Positions 35,924-47,954 of a DNA stretch of 64,000 nt are shown here, in pieces. The notes beneath the pieces are model-generated. The model was not told the origin of the DNA. It ran no database searches and was given only the letters and a program-made list of their open reading frames with translations. The position numbers were made by a program, and so were the translations under genes. Source of the DNA: Malacoraja senta. Lineage: Eukaryota. Each line of letters starts with the position of its first letter. The first letter of the stretch is position 1. The stretch lies in NCBI GenBank assembly GCA_038087875.1, contig JAXLNO010000110.1, positions 186,001 through 250,000 of the forward strand, given 5' to 3'.

Positions 35924-38900
35924 GAAGAATCAAGTACACAGGACAAGATGTTAAGAAGTCCCTTGTGCCAATAGGTGGGAAGCATTTCACGACATTCGTT
36001 GATTGTTGAGAGTGGTAAACGCTCAACATCGGGGGGGGGGGGGGGTAACCTTCAGGACAGTTGGGCACAGGACACATCATCAGTAGTGTACCCTTGCATC
36101 ACTGGGTGTTTCGGCCTTTTAACACTATACGCCCTCCACAAGGGCGGCCCGCTGCAGGATGATCAACCCTCAGCGCGTGTCCCGTGTCAAACCGTCCCAA
36201 AGATTCACCCCAACATACTTGGGGCCCAGCATGGGTCTTTCCGCTTGAGCAAACTCCACCGGCTGCTTCTTTCAGCCGCCTCTGAGAGTGATCTTATGGT
36301 CTTCCGCAGAGCCTGACCGTGGATTCCAAGCTCCTTCAGCAGTCTGATGGTAGATGACGCAACAAATCCTCTGCATCCCACTTCAACTGGATAGACTTTG
36401 GTGTTCCAGCCACGCTGCGTTGCCTCTGCGTAGCGCAGCTTCTTACGCTCATAGGCCTCCTCAACAGAGTTCTCCCATGGAACTGTGAGCTCTATGATGT
36501 AAGCAGTCTTCTGTGAAGGGGACCAGAACACCAAGTCTGGCCTGAGGTTGGTGGAAGCAATTTCAGGTGGAAAAATTAGTTGTCGGCCGATGTCCGCCAG
36601 CATCCTCCAGTCACGGGCCCTGCATAGGTTTCCTTCTTCTGATCTGGTGGAAGGAAGTTTAGATGTTTTCTGATCTTCTCGGACAAAGGTTGTTACCCTT
36701 AGGGGGGGGGTTGCTTGCTCTCGGAGGCAAGGAGTTGGTCGCACACAGCCTGTTCTCAAGGGCTGATGCCAGGCTTTTTAGTACCTGATTATGCCGCCAC
36801 GTGTATCTCCCTTGCGTGAGGCTGGTCTTGCAGCCTACCATGATGTGTTTGAGGGTCGCTGGTGTTGGGCAGATGGCACAGGTTGGATCCTCGCCGTACC
36901 ACTGCTGGAGGTTCTTTGGTGATGGAAGCACGTCATATGTCGCTCTGATGATGAAGCTGATCTTGCTTGCTTCCATTTGCCATAGTTCTTTCCAGCTGAT
37001 CTTCCTCCGCTCCACACCTTCCCACTGCATCCATTGCCCCTGTTTGGCAAGAGAGACCGTCTTTGCACTTCTTGCGGCCTCCTCCTGTCACCGCACCTCC
37101 TCGACCACCAACGTCCTCCGCTCTGATGTTGTGGCCTTTCGCCAAGTTGGTTTACTTGTCGTAAGGCCAAAGCCTCCTCTACCCTGCTGGACTTGCCCCA
37201 CTATGTCTTTGTGCCTCAGGGCTGATGAAGCTTGCTGTACTGCATCAGATGGTGTCCACTTCTGGCCAGTTGCTAGGGGCGGCGCAACAGCACTGATGGT
37301 CTTGTCTCTAGAGTCCCTCAGTGTCATCTGGAGTCTTATTTTAGAACACATATTCCTCTGTTAGACTAGGGAGAGGTAGTTCCAGGACCCCTTTGCCATA
37401 GAGGCCGATGTTAGTTAGACATCGTGGGACACCGAGCCATTTCTTCGCGTATGAAGTTATGATTCGCTCCATCTTCTCCACAGTTGTTATTGGGGCTTCA
37501 TAAACGGTCAGTGGCCACATTGTCCGAGGAAGGAGTCCAAACTGTAGGCACCAGAGCTTCAGTTTCCCAGGCAGTAGGGTCTGATTGATGTTCTCCAGGC
37601 CGTTGACAATTTCTTGTCTTAGTTGTTGCACCTGCTCTTTGTCCTTGAGACTTGCATTGTACCATCTGCCCAGGCTTTTAACTGGCTGCTCAGACACTGT
37701 TGGTATTGGGTCGTCACCGATACAGAACCTTGTGTCTCTAAGCACCCCCTTGACTATGGAGATGCTTCAAGATTTACTTGGTTTGATTTTCATTCGGGCC
37801 CACTTGATGTTCTCCTGCAGCTTTCCAAGTAGCCGCTTGGTGCATGCTGCAGTAGTGGTTAGTGTTGTCATGTCGTCCATGTATGCCCTGATGGGTGGCA
37901 GACAGAGCCCAGCCCTGGTTCATTCACTGCCCACCACCCATTTTGAGGCCCTGATGATGACTTCCATGGCCATTGTAAAGGCCAAGGGTGAGACTGTGCA
38001 GCCTGCCATGATGCCTACTTCCAAGCGCTGCCATGTTGTACTGAAGTCAGCTGTTGTGAAGCACAGCTGCAGGTCTTGGTAATATTTCTTGACCAGTGTG
38101 GTGATGAGCTCTGGTACATGGAAAAAGGCAAAAGATTCCCAAAGGAGTTCATGGGGAACTGAACCAAATGCATTGGCCAGATCGAGGAAGATCACATGTA
38201 GGTCTCTCTTGTCCTTCTTAGCTGCTTGGATCTGGTTGCAGATCATGTTTGTATGCTCCAAGCAGCCCGAAAATCCTGGAATTCCTGCTTTCTGTACAGA
38301 TGTATCAATGTACTTGTTTGTTACCAGATAGGTGGACAGGCTTTGTGATACAATGCTGAAAAACATTTTTCCCTCGACGTTGAGGTGACATATTGGCCGG
38401 AATTGGCTGATGTCTGACGCATCCTTTTCTTTAGGTATTAGCACGCCGCCTGCCCTTCGCCACGCCTTAGGTATTGTTTGCTTCTTCCACACCACCCTCA
38501 TGAGCTTCCATAGAAAGAGTAACACATCCGGTACGTTCTTGTAGAGTTTGTATGGTACTCCGTTTGGCCCCGGAGCTGATGCTGCTCTTGCTCGCCGGAC
38601 CGTGTTCTCCACCTCTTTCCATCTCGGAGGGCTGGTGTCCAGGTTGAATTCAGGTGGTTGAATAGGCGGGATGTCATGTGGGATGACTAACTGCTCATGC
38701 CTTTTCGTGTCTTTGTGGGCCTTTTCCAGGTGTTCCTCCAATTCCTGTTTTGATGTTTTCAAAGTTCCACTTTTTTCCTTTGCGAAGAGGTCTTTGATGA
38801 ACTTGAAAGGGTCTTTATAGAACCGTGTTCTTGTGTGTTCTTTCTTCTTGCGAAGTTTCCTCAAGTTCTCTGCTTTTCGCAAGGTTGCCAATCGGTTCTT

Positions 38901-39390
38901 GATGTCCTCTTGGAGTAGCATGAGACCTTCTCGCTCTGCGTCAGTTGCTTTTTTCCATTGCTTTTTCAACTGTCTCCTCTCTCTGATTAGCCTCTCGATC
39001 TCCTGCTGCCTCCTGGACTTGATTGGTGTTGGTAATTTCTTTCCACCTCTCCCTTTACTCACCCCAAACCGTTCTTCTCCATAGCTGCAGATTGTGTTAC
39101 CCATCCTTTCAAGCTTTTCCACTGCTGTGCCCGCTTGTTGCTCCAAGATATGTATAAGGTCACTGTTGACCGTCTCCCACTCTTTCTTTTCAACAGCTTT
39201 GGGCCATTTCACTCCAGGTTTCTGCCCTTTGATCTTTCCCTCCAATGGAGGTCCTTGTAGTTGTTGCGTGGGCTCCTCCACCGGCATTTCTGTGCTTGTA
39301 TCACCCTCTTCAGTGACATGGGTGCTGATGCTCTGCGAACTTTGGTTTGTGTCCCGTCGCTGTGCTTCACTTGACTGATTTGACTGGTAT
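35924..39390 (-). mobile_element. Hero/R2-group non-LTR retrotransposon (RT, CCHC, restriction-like endonuclease), 5'-truncated and frameshifted
   Basis: APGPNG, LDLANAFGSVPH, GIMAGC, CAIC...HIMVGC, RHNQVL and RPDLV...IIELTVPWE motifs; boundaries taken from the empty paralogous site near 46558. Confidence 0.9.
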
Positions 39391-40562
39391 AATTCTGCTC
39401 CTAGACCTTGTGTACGTGCGACGTCAGGCAGAAGATAAGACGGGACGATGAACTTTTTGCAACTTTGTCGCAGCCAGAAACGTGGCGACTCTTGTGCACG
39501 GCCTCGGTGACGTCTGCTGAACGATTTTACCGGGCTGTACGCAAAACAAAGCGTTTCACTGTACCTAGGTACATGTGACAATAAAGTTTCAGTGAATTGA
39601 ATCATGGCGTCATGTCCAGCATGGACGATGTGGGCCGAAGGGCCTGTTCCAGAACTCTGCCTGGATTAGAGGGTATTATCAACAGGGAGAGATTGGACAG
39701 ACTTGGATTGTTTTCACCGAAACGTTTGAGGTTGAGGGGGGGGGGAGGGGGGAGAGAACAAAGGAGGGCCCGCCGTGCGGGGACCGCCGAGAAGGAGGCG
39801 GGACAAGGGTGGATCTGGCCCGGGATCCGTAGTAAGGAAGGCAAATTCAATGCTGGCATCATCATCAAGAGGACTGGAATACAAATACAGAGATGTAATG
39901 CTGAGGCTCTATAAGGCGCTGGTCAGACCGCATTTGCAGTACTGTTAGCAAACAGCTAACAACTGAGCTGTAATCTAGGCCATTGTTCAACATCCTCTAA
40001 AGAAATTTCTTCTCACCTCCGTTCTAAAGGAACGTCCTTTAATTCTGAAGCTGTGGCCTCTGGTTCTCGACTCTCCCACTGGCCGCAGTTGGAGTACTGT
40101 GAGCAAATTTGGGCCCCATATCTGAGGAAGGATGTGCTGATTCTGGAGAGGATCCAGAGGAGGTTTACAAGAATGATTCCAGGAATGAGCGGGTGAGCAT
40201 ATGATGAGCGTTTGTCGGCACTGGGCCTGTACTCGCTGGAGTTTAAAAGGTTGAGGGGGGACCTCATTGAAACTTACGGAATAATGAAAGGCAGAGATAG
40301 AGTGGATGTGGAGAGGATGTTTCCACAAGTGGAAGAGCCTAGGACCAGAGGGCACAGCCTCAGAATTAAAGGGCGCTCTTTTAGAAAGAAGGTGAGGAGG
40401 AACTTCTTTAGTCAGAGGGTGGATATTGTTAAGGCAGAGATTGACAAATTCTTGATTCGAACGGGTGTCAAGGGTTATGGAGAGACGGCAGGAAAATGGG
40501 ATTGGAGGCAGAGATCAGCCATGATTGAGTAGTGGCGTAGATGGGCCGAATAGCCTAATTCT

Positions 40563-41120
40563 ACAGCATATAAAAGACATGCTCAATTGGGTTCAGATCT
40601 GTTGATTGACTTGGCCACTCAAGAATTGACAATTTTTTAGCTTTGAAAAACTCCTTTGTTGCTTTAGCAGTATGTTTGGGATCATTGTCTTGCTGTAGAA
40701 TGAACCGCCGGCCAATGAGTTTTGAGGCATTTGTTTGAACTTGTGCAAATAGGATGTGTCTATACACTTCAGAATTCATTATGCTACTATCATCAGCAGT
40801 TGTATCATCAATGAAGATAAGTGAGCCAGTACCTTCACCAGCCAAACATGCCCAGGCCATAACACCCCCACCATTGTGTTTCACAGATGAGGTGGTATGC
40901 TTTGGATTTTGGACAGTTCCTTCTCTCCTCCATACTTTGCTCTTGTCATCACTCTGATATAAGTTAATCTTCGTCTCATCTGTCCACAAGACCCTTTTCC
41001 AGAACTGTGGTTGCTCTTTTAAGTACTTCTTGGCAAACTGTAACCTGGCCATCTTATTTTTGCGGCTAACCAGTGGTTTGCATCTTGCAGTGTAGCCTCT
41101 GTATTTCTGTTTATGAAGTC
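40563..41120 (-). mobile_element. Tc1 transposase internal fragment
   Basis: WTDETK...QQDNDPKH...WPSQSTDLNPIEH within ORF 40561-41346. Confidence 0.9.
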
Positions 41121-42629
41121 TGCCTGGATTAGAGGGTATTATCAACAGGGAAAGATTGGACAGACTTGGATGGTTTTCTCTGGAACGCTTGAGGTTGAGG
41201 AGGGGGGAGGGGGGAGAGAACAAAGGAGGGCCCGCCGTGCGGGGACCGCCGAGAAGGAGGCGGGACAAGGGTAGATCTGGCCCGGGATCTGTAGTAAGGA
41301 AGGCAAATTCAATGCTGGCATCATCATCAAGAGGACTGGAATACAAATACAGAGATGTAATGCTGAGGCTCTATAAGGCGCTGGTCAGGTCGCAGTTGGA
41401 GTACTGTGAGCAAATTTGGGCCCCATATCTGAGGATGTGCTGGTTCTTGAGAGGATCCGGAGGAGGTTTACAAGAATGATCCCAGGAATGAGTGGGTTAG
41501 CATATGAGCGTTTGTCGGCACTGGGCCTGTACTCACTGGAGTTTAAAAGGTTGAAACCTACAGAATAATGGAAAAGGCAGAGATAGAGTAGATGTGGAGA
41601 GGATGTTTCCACAAGTGCGAGAGTCTAGGGACCAGAGGTCATCGCCTCAGAATTAAAGGGCGCTCTTTGCGAAAGAAGGTGAGGAGGAACTTCTTTAGTC
41701 AGAGGGATATTATTAAGGCAGATATTGACAAATTCTTGATTAGAACGGGTGTCAAGGGTTATGGAGAGATGGCAGGAAAATGGGATTAGGTGGCAGAGAT
41801 CAGCCATGATTGAATGGCAGAGTAGATGGGGGCCGAATGGCATAATTCTACTCCTATAGCTTGTGCACTTGGGATACTTTGAAACTGTCAGCGCCCTTTA
41901 CGTGGCAACTATTTACATACCTCGGGCAGCATGCAGGCAAAGAATCTCACTGTGACCTGTCACCTGTGACCATAAAGTATTCAATCCAATTCAACCTGAT
42001 GGAATTATATAAAGTTATGAGTGGCGTAGAGAGGGTAGACAGTCAGAACCCTTTTCCCCGCGGTGGAGATGTCAAAGACTAGAGGGCATTCATTTATAAT
42101 CAAAAGTGGGGGACTTCAAAGGAGATGTGTGGGGCAGGTTATTTTACACAGAGTGCTGAAGGCAGATACGATAGTGGTCGTTTAAAAGGCTTTTAGTTTA
42201 ATTTAGTTCAGAGATACAACGCGGAAACAGGCCTCTTCGGCCCACCAAGTCCGCGTCGACCAGCGATCCCCGCACATTAACACTATCCTACACACCACTG
42301 GGGATAATTTTACACATATACCAAGCCAATTAACCTACATACCTGTACGCCTTTGAGTAAGGAAGGAAACTGGAGCACCCACGTAGGTCATGGGGAGAAC
42401 GTACAAACTCCATGCAGACAGCACCCTAGTCGGGATCAAACCCAGGTCTCTGTCGCTGCAAGCGCTGTAAGACAGCAGCGCCACCGTGGCCGTCCTTTTG
42501 GATTCGCTGTACCTCCTCCCTCGACTCTGTCCAAGGACCACCGACAGTCCTTTCAGGTGAGAACCCAGGTCTCTGTCGCTGCAAGCGCTGTAAGACAGCA
42601 GCGCCACCGTGGCCGTCCTTTTGGATTCG

Positions 42630-42903
42630 CTGTACCTCCTCCCTCGACTCTGTCCAAGGACCACCGACAGTCCTTTCAGGTGAGGCAGAGGTTCACTTGC
42701 ACCTCCTCCAACCTCATCTACTGTATCCGCTGTTCCAGGTGTGGACTCCTGTATATCGGCGAGACCAAGCGCAGGCTCGGCGATCGTTGCGCTGAACACC
42801 TCCGCTCAGTCCGCCTAAACCTACCCGATCTCCCGGTTGCTCAACACTTGAACTCCTATTCCCATTCCCACGCTGACCTTTCTGTCCTGGGCCTCCTCCA
42901 CTG
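42630..42903 (+). mobile_element. Penelope GIY-YIG endonuclease fragment
   Basis: FTCTSSNLIYCIRCSRCGLLYIGETKRRLGDRCAEH motif. Confidence 0.9.
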
Positions 42904-44690
42904 TCATGTGGTATGGCATGGTACTTTATTTGTTACATGTACTGAGGTACAGTGAAATCCATTTCTGTACGCAGTTCAGTACAAGTCAAAGTCAAGTCAA
43001 ATGCATTCGTCAAATGCACCCGAAGGTGCAGTTAAATGAATTTGCCAGCAGCGATACACTTAAAAAAAGAACACACAATACACAATAGAATGGAACACAG
43101 AATAGAATTTAAGGCCAGCAGCATAATCACGGACCAGTCTCACCCCCCGGTCACTCCCTCTTCTCCCCTCTCCCATCGGGTAAGAGGTACAGAAGTGTGA
43201 AAACAAACGCACACACCTCCAGATTCAGGGACAGTTTCTTTCCAGCTGTTATCAGCCAACTGAACCGTCCTCTCACCAACTAGAGAGCGGTCCTGACCCC
43301 CCATCGACCTTATTGGAAACCCTCGCACTATCTTTAATCGGACTTTAGTGGAGTTTGCCTTGCACTAAACATTATTCCGTTAATCCTGTGTCTGTAGACA
43401 TTGGACATCTCGATTGTATAGTCTTTCTACTGACTAGTTAGCACACAACAAAAAAAGCTTTTCACTCAACCTGGGTATACGTGACACTAAACTAAACTAC
43501 ACTACATGGGAGATTCTGGGATGGGAGATGAGGGTGGGGATGGTTAAAGGGGAGAGGGAGGAGGGGAACAGGGAGGAATCCCACAGTAGACGGTGTGGTG
43601 GCGTTGCAGTCGAGTCGCTGCCTTACAGCGTTTGCAGCGCCGGAGACCAGGGTTCCATCCCGAGTACGGGCGCTGTCTGTACGGAGTTTGCATGTTCTCC
43701 CCGTGACCTGCGTGGGTTTTCTCCGAGATCTTTGGTTTCCTCCCACACTCCAAAGACGTATATTGTAGGTTGACACAAAATGCTGGAGTAACTCAGCGGG
43801 ACAGGCAGCATCTCTGGAGAGGTGGTAGGTGCGGGCACGGTGGGCCGAACGGCCTGTTTCTGTGGTGTACCTCTAAACTATATTATACTAGACAACCCCA
43901 GGGGTTAGGGAGCGGGGAGTGAACTTTGGACTCAGCAGGGAGGGGTAGTTGGTGGCGTGCCATGGGTGGAGACATGACAATAGAACGATCGCTATGTGGA
44001 TAGGTTGGTGTCAGTATTTTCCACAGTACCCTCCCATTCACAAATTATCCCTTGCAACAAAGCGAAGGAACTGCAATTATGCAGCTTGGCATGTTGTCGA
44101 TAGACCAGTTAAGGCAGGTCAGGTGAATGCCGGGTTAAGGTGCAGAATACACCTTTGTCTCATTCTCTGCGAGGCATTTCAGAGGCGTTTAGACAGGCAC
44201 ATGGATATTATGCTGGGACCGGAGGGCTATGGATCACGTGCAGGCAGAGATTAGTTTATGCTCCACAATCAGAGGGGGAGAGAGGCGGGCCAGACCCCAA
44301 GAGTGAGTAGGTTCACGTATGAGGAGCGTTTGACGGCACTGGGCCTGGACTCTCTGGAGTTTAGAATGATGGGGGGGGGGGGCACCTCATTGAAACTCAC
44401 CGAACAGAGAAAGACTTTCCATAAAGTGAATGAGTGGATGTGGAGAGGATGTTTCCACTAGTTGGGGAGTCCCGGACCAGAGGTCAGTCTCAGAATTAAA
44501 GGACGTTCCTTTAGAAAAGACATGAGGAGGAACTTCTTTAGTCAGAGGGGGGTGAATCTGTGGAATTGATTGCCACAGACGGCTGTGGAGGACAAGACAA
44601 TGGATATTTTTAAGGCAGAGATAGGTGGATTCTTGATTAGTACCGGGTGTCAGGGGTTCTGGGCAGGATAATGGGGTTGAGAAGGACTCA

Positions 44691-45735
44691 CCGAGCCCTC
44701 CATAATGTTTGGGACAAAGACCCATCATTTATTTTTTTATCTGCCTCTGTACTCCACAATGAGATTTGTAATCGAAAAAACCACATGCGGTTAAAGTGCA
44801 CATTGTCAGATTTTATTAAAGGCCATTTTTTATACATTTTGGTTTCACCATGTAGAAATTACAGCAGTGTTTATACATAGTCCCCCCATTCCAGGGCACC
44901 ATAATGTTTGGGACCCAGCAATGTCCTGTAAATGAAAGTAGTCATGTTTAGTATTTTGTTGCATATCCTTTGCATGCAATGACTGCTTGAAGTCTGCGAT
45001 TCATGGACATCACCAGTTGCTGGGTGTCTTCTCTGGTGATGCTCTGCCAGGCCTGTATTGCAGCCATCTTTCGCTTATGCTTGTTTTGCAGGCTAGTCCC
45101 CTTCAGTTTTCTCTTCAGCATATAAAAGGCAGGCTCAATTGGGTTCAGATCGGGTGATTGACTTGGTCACTCAAGAATTGTCCATTTTTTAGCTTTGAAA
45201 AACTCCTTTGTTGCTTCAGCAGTATGTTTGGGATCATTGTCTTGCTGTGGAATGAACAGCTGGCCAATGAGTTTTGAGGCATTTGTTTGAATTGAGCAGA
45301 TAGGATGTGGCTATACACTTCAGAATTCATTATGCTACTACCATCAGCAGTTACTATCATCAGCTACTGCCATCTGTGGTTACTCTTTTAAGTACTTCTT
45401 GACAAACTGTAACCTGGCCATCCCATTTTTGCGGCTAACCAATAGTTCGTATCTTGCAGTTTAGCCTCTGTATTTCTGTTCATGAAGTCTTCAGCGGACA
45501 GTGGTCATTGACAAATCCACACCTGACTCCCGAAGAGTGTTTCTGATATTGTTTGGGGCACTTGTTTGGGGAGTTTTCTTTAATATAGAGAGAATTCTTC
45601 TGTCATCAGCTGTGGAGGCCTTTAATAAAATCTGACAATGTGCACTTTAACCACATCTAATTTTTTTCTATTACAAATCTCAAATTGTGGAGTGCAGAGG
45701 CAAATAAACAAATGATGGGTCTTTGTCCCAAACAT
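44691..45735 (-). mobile_element. Internally deleted Tc1 (paralog of the 31206 copy)
   Basis: Same upstream flank as 31206; TIR sequences at both ends; the terminal piece is displaced to ~46500-46517. Confidence 0.8.
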
Positions 45736-46499
45736 CAGAATCAGAATCACACTTTATTCGCCAAGTATGTTTTGCAATATACGAGGAATTTCATTGGCCT
45801 GGTCAGTCATTCAATTAAAAGCAACAGATCACTCAAAAACACATTTTAACATGAACATCCACCACAGTGACTCCTACACATTCCTCACTGTGATGGAAGT
45901 CAAAATAAAGTTCAAGTCCTTCCCTCAGTTCTTCCTCAGTCGTGGGCCTCGAGCCCCCCGTTTACGGGATGATCTTGACTTCCGTAGCCGGCGGCGTTCG
46001 GGCCCGCTGCGTCGAGGTGATCAGCTCCCGCATCGGGGGGATGTCAGCTCCCCTGCGCCGGGCGATCGAACCTCGCGTCGGGGCTGGTCGAACCTTCTGC
46101 GACGATGGAGCTTCCCGACTCTGCCTCACACGAGACTGTGAGCCCTTGATGGTGATTCCGCGGTGGTCGTGGTGGGAGCGATCCCAGGCAAGGGATCAGC
46201 TCCGATGTTAAGTCCACGCCCCGCGATAGGGCTCAAAGTCAGTCCGAGGAGGCTTCCAGCTCCATCGATGGAAGGCCGCAGAGCGCCCTGAGAATGTGAT
46301 CCGAAAATTAATCACATCTACGGCAAAGTAAAAACCTGAAAAAAGTTTCCCCCGATCCCCTCCCCTTTCTCCCCACATAAAACAAATCGAAGAACATTAA
46401 AACAACATTTTTAACACACTAAAAAATAACAAAAAGAATGAGAAGACGAACAGACTGCAGGCAGGGCAGCCATCGCCCCGGCTCCCCTGGTGACCAGTC
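45736..46499 (-). mobile_element. Unclassified non-coding retroposon with (ATTCTG)n tail
   Basis: Splits a Tc1 TIR; aacat on both sides; AATAAA plus short tandem tail on the minus strand. Confidence 0.55.
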
Positions 46500-46967
46500 A
46501 ACATTATGGAAGGCATGATAGAATGGTAGACTATTGACTTGATGGGCCGAATGGCCTAACTCTGCTCCTAGACCTTATGTATGTGCGACGTCAGGCAGAA
46601 AATAAGACGGGACGATGAACTTTTTGCAACTTTGGCGGTGCAGGAAACGTGGCGGCTCTTGTGCACGGCTTCGGTGACGTCTGCTGAACGATTTTTCCGG
46701 GCTGTAAGCAAAACAAAGCGTTTCACTGCATCTAGTACATGTGACAATAAAGTTTCAGTGAATTGAATCTTGGCATTATGACCAGCATGGACAACGTGGG
46801 CCGAAGGGCCTGTTCCAGAACTCTGCCTGGATTAGAGGGTTTTATCAACAGGGAGATTGGACAGACTTGGATGGTTTTCTCTGGAACGCTTGAGGTTGGG
46901 TGGGGGGGGGGGGGAGAGAACAAAGGAGGGCCCGACGTGGGGGGACCGCCGTGAAGGGGGGGACAAG

Positions 46968-47954
46968 GTACCCGGACATGGCGTTGACAGACGAGAAGCC
47001 AAAGCAAAGAAGTCAAAGCCAAAGAACCGAATGAAAACGAGGCCGAAACGGCAATAAATCGAAAGAGTACGAAGACGAAACGCCTACTAGCCGAAAGGAT
47101 GGGACGCCTAAATGCAAACTAACCGAAAGGGCGGGACGCCTAAAAGCCAACGAACCGAAAGGCTGCGTCGCCTAAAAGCAAACTTACCGAATGGCCGCTC
47201 TGTCGAAACGCCACCTACCCGAAAGGCGGCATCGCCTACAGGCCAACGGACCGACTGCAGCTCAACAGAAAAGTCCAATAACGGACATGACGTTGCCGGG
47301 GGGCGGGACTGTCAGCGATTGGTCCAGGCCCCCGCGTCCATCACATCACTGTGAAGGGATGAACATTATCCCACACCTCCGCTCCACCCGACCCACAGCC
47401 CGCGGAGGGTGGCCGTGGGAGAGTGGGGGCTGTCCCTAGGGATGCGCACCTTCGGCCGCTTTCAACGGTGCTTGGGTTCAGATTGCCCAGTCACCTACGG
47501 CTTGTGTGGGAAAAGGACCCCCACGCTCCCGTCTCCCCCTTCTCTCTCCCCTCCTCTCTCTCCCCCTCTCTCCCTTCTGTGATGTGATGGACGTGGGGGT
47601 CTGGACCAATCACTGACAAGTCCGCCCAACGTCATGTCCGTTATTGGACTTTTCTGTTGAGCGGCAATCGGTCCTTTGGCCTGTAGGCGACGCCACCTTT
47701 CGGGTACGTGCCGTTTCGACAGAGCGGCCATTCGGTAAGTTTGCTTTTAGGCAATGCAGCTTTTCGGTTCGTTGGCTGTTAGGTGTCCCACCCTTTCGGT
47801 TAGTTTGCATTTAGGCGTCCCATCCTTTTGGTTAGTAGGCGTTTCGTCTTTGTACTCTTTCGGTTTATTGGCGTTTCGGCCTCGTTTCCATTCGGTTCTT
47901 TGGCTTCGACTTCTTTGATTCGGCTTTTCGTCCATCGGCGCCACGTCCGCACAC
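46968..47954. mobile_element. Mutator/foldback-like non-autonomous element with ~390-bp TIRs
   Basis: Arms ~46968-47360 and ~47570-47954 are inverted repeats; 10-bp TSD gggggacaag at 46958-46967 and 47955-47964. Confidence 0.8.

Noticed and set aside
37920..39605. 561-aa ORF as an intact autonomous retrotransposon protein
   Set aside because: The N-terminal ~70 codons come from flanking DNA outside the element, and the RT is frameshifted before its catalytic DD motif.
40561..41346. 261-aa ORF as a domesticated transposase fusion
   Set aside because: Chance in-frame junction of antisense CR1-module sequence with a Tc1 fragment; it lacks the DNA-binding domain and has no sign of expression.
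46968..47954. Periodic short repeats resembling a CRISPR array, and mirrored ORFs
   Set aside because: Eukaryotic context, degenerate ~15-bp units with no repeat-spacer structure; explained by foldback TIRs.
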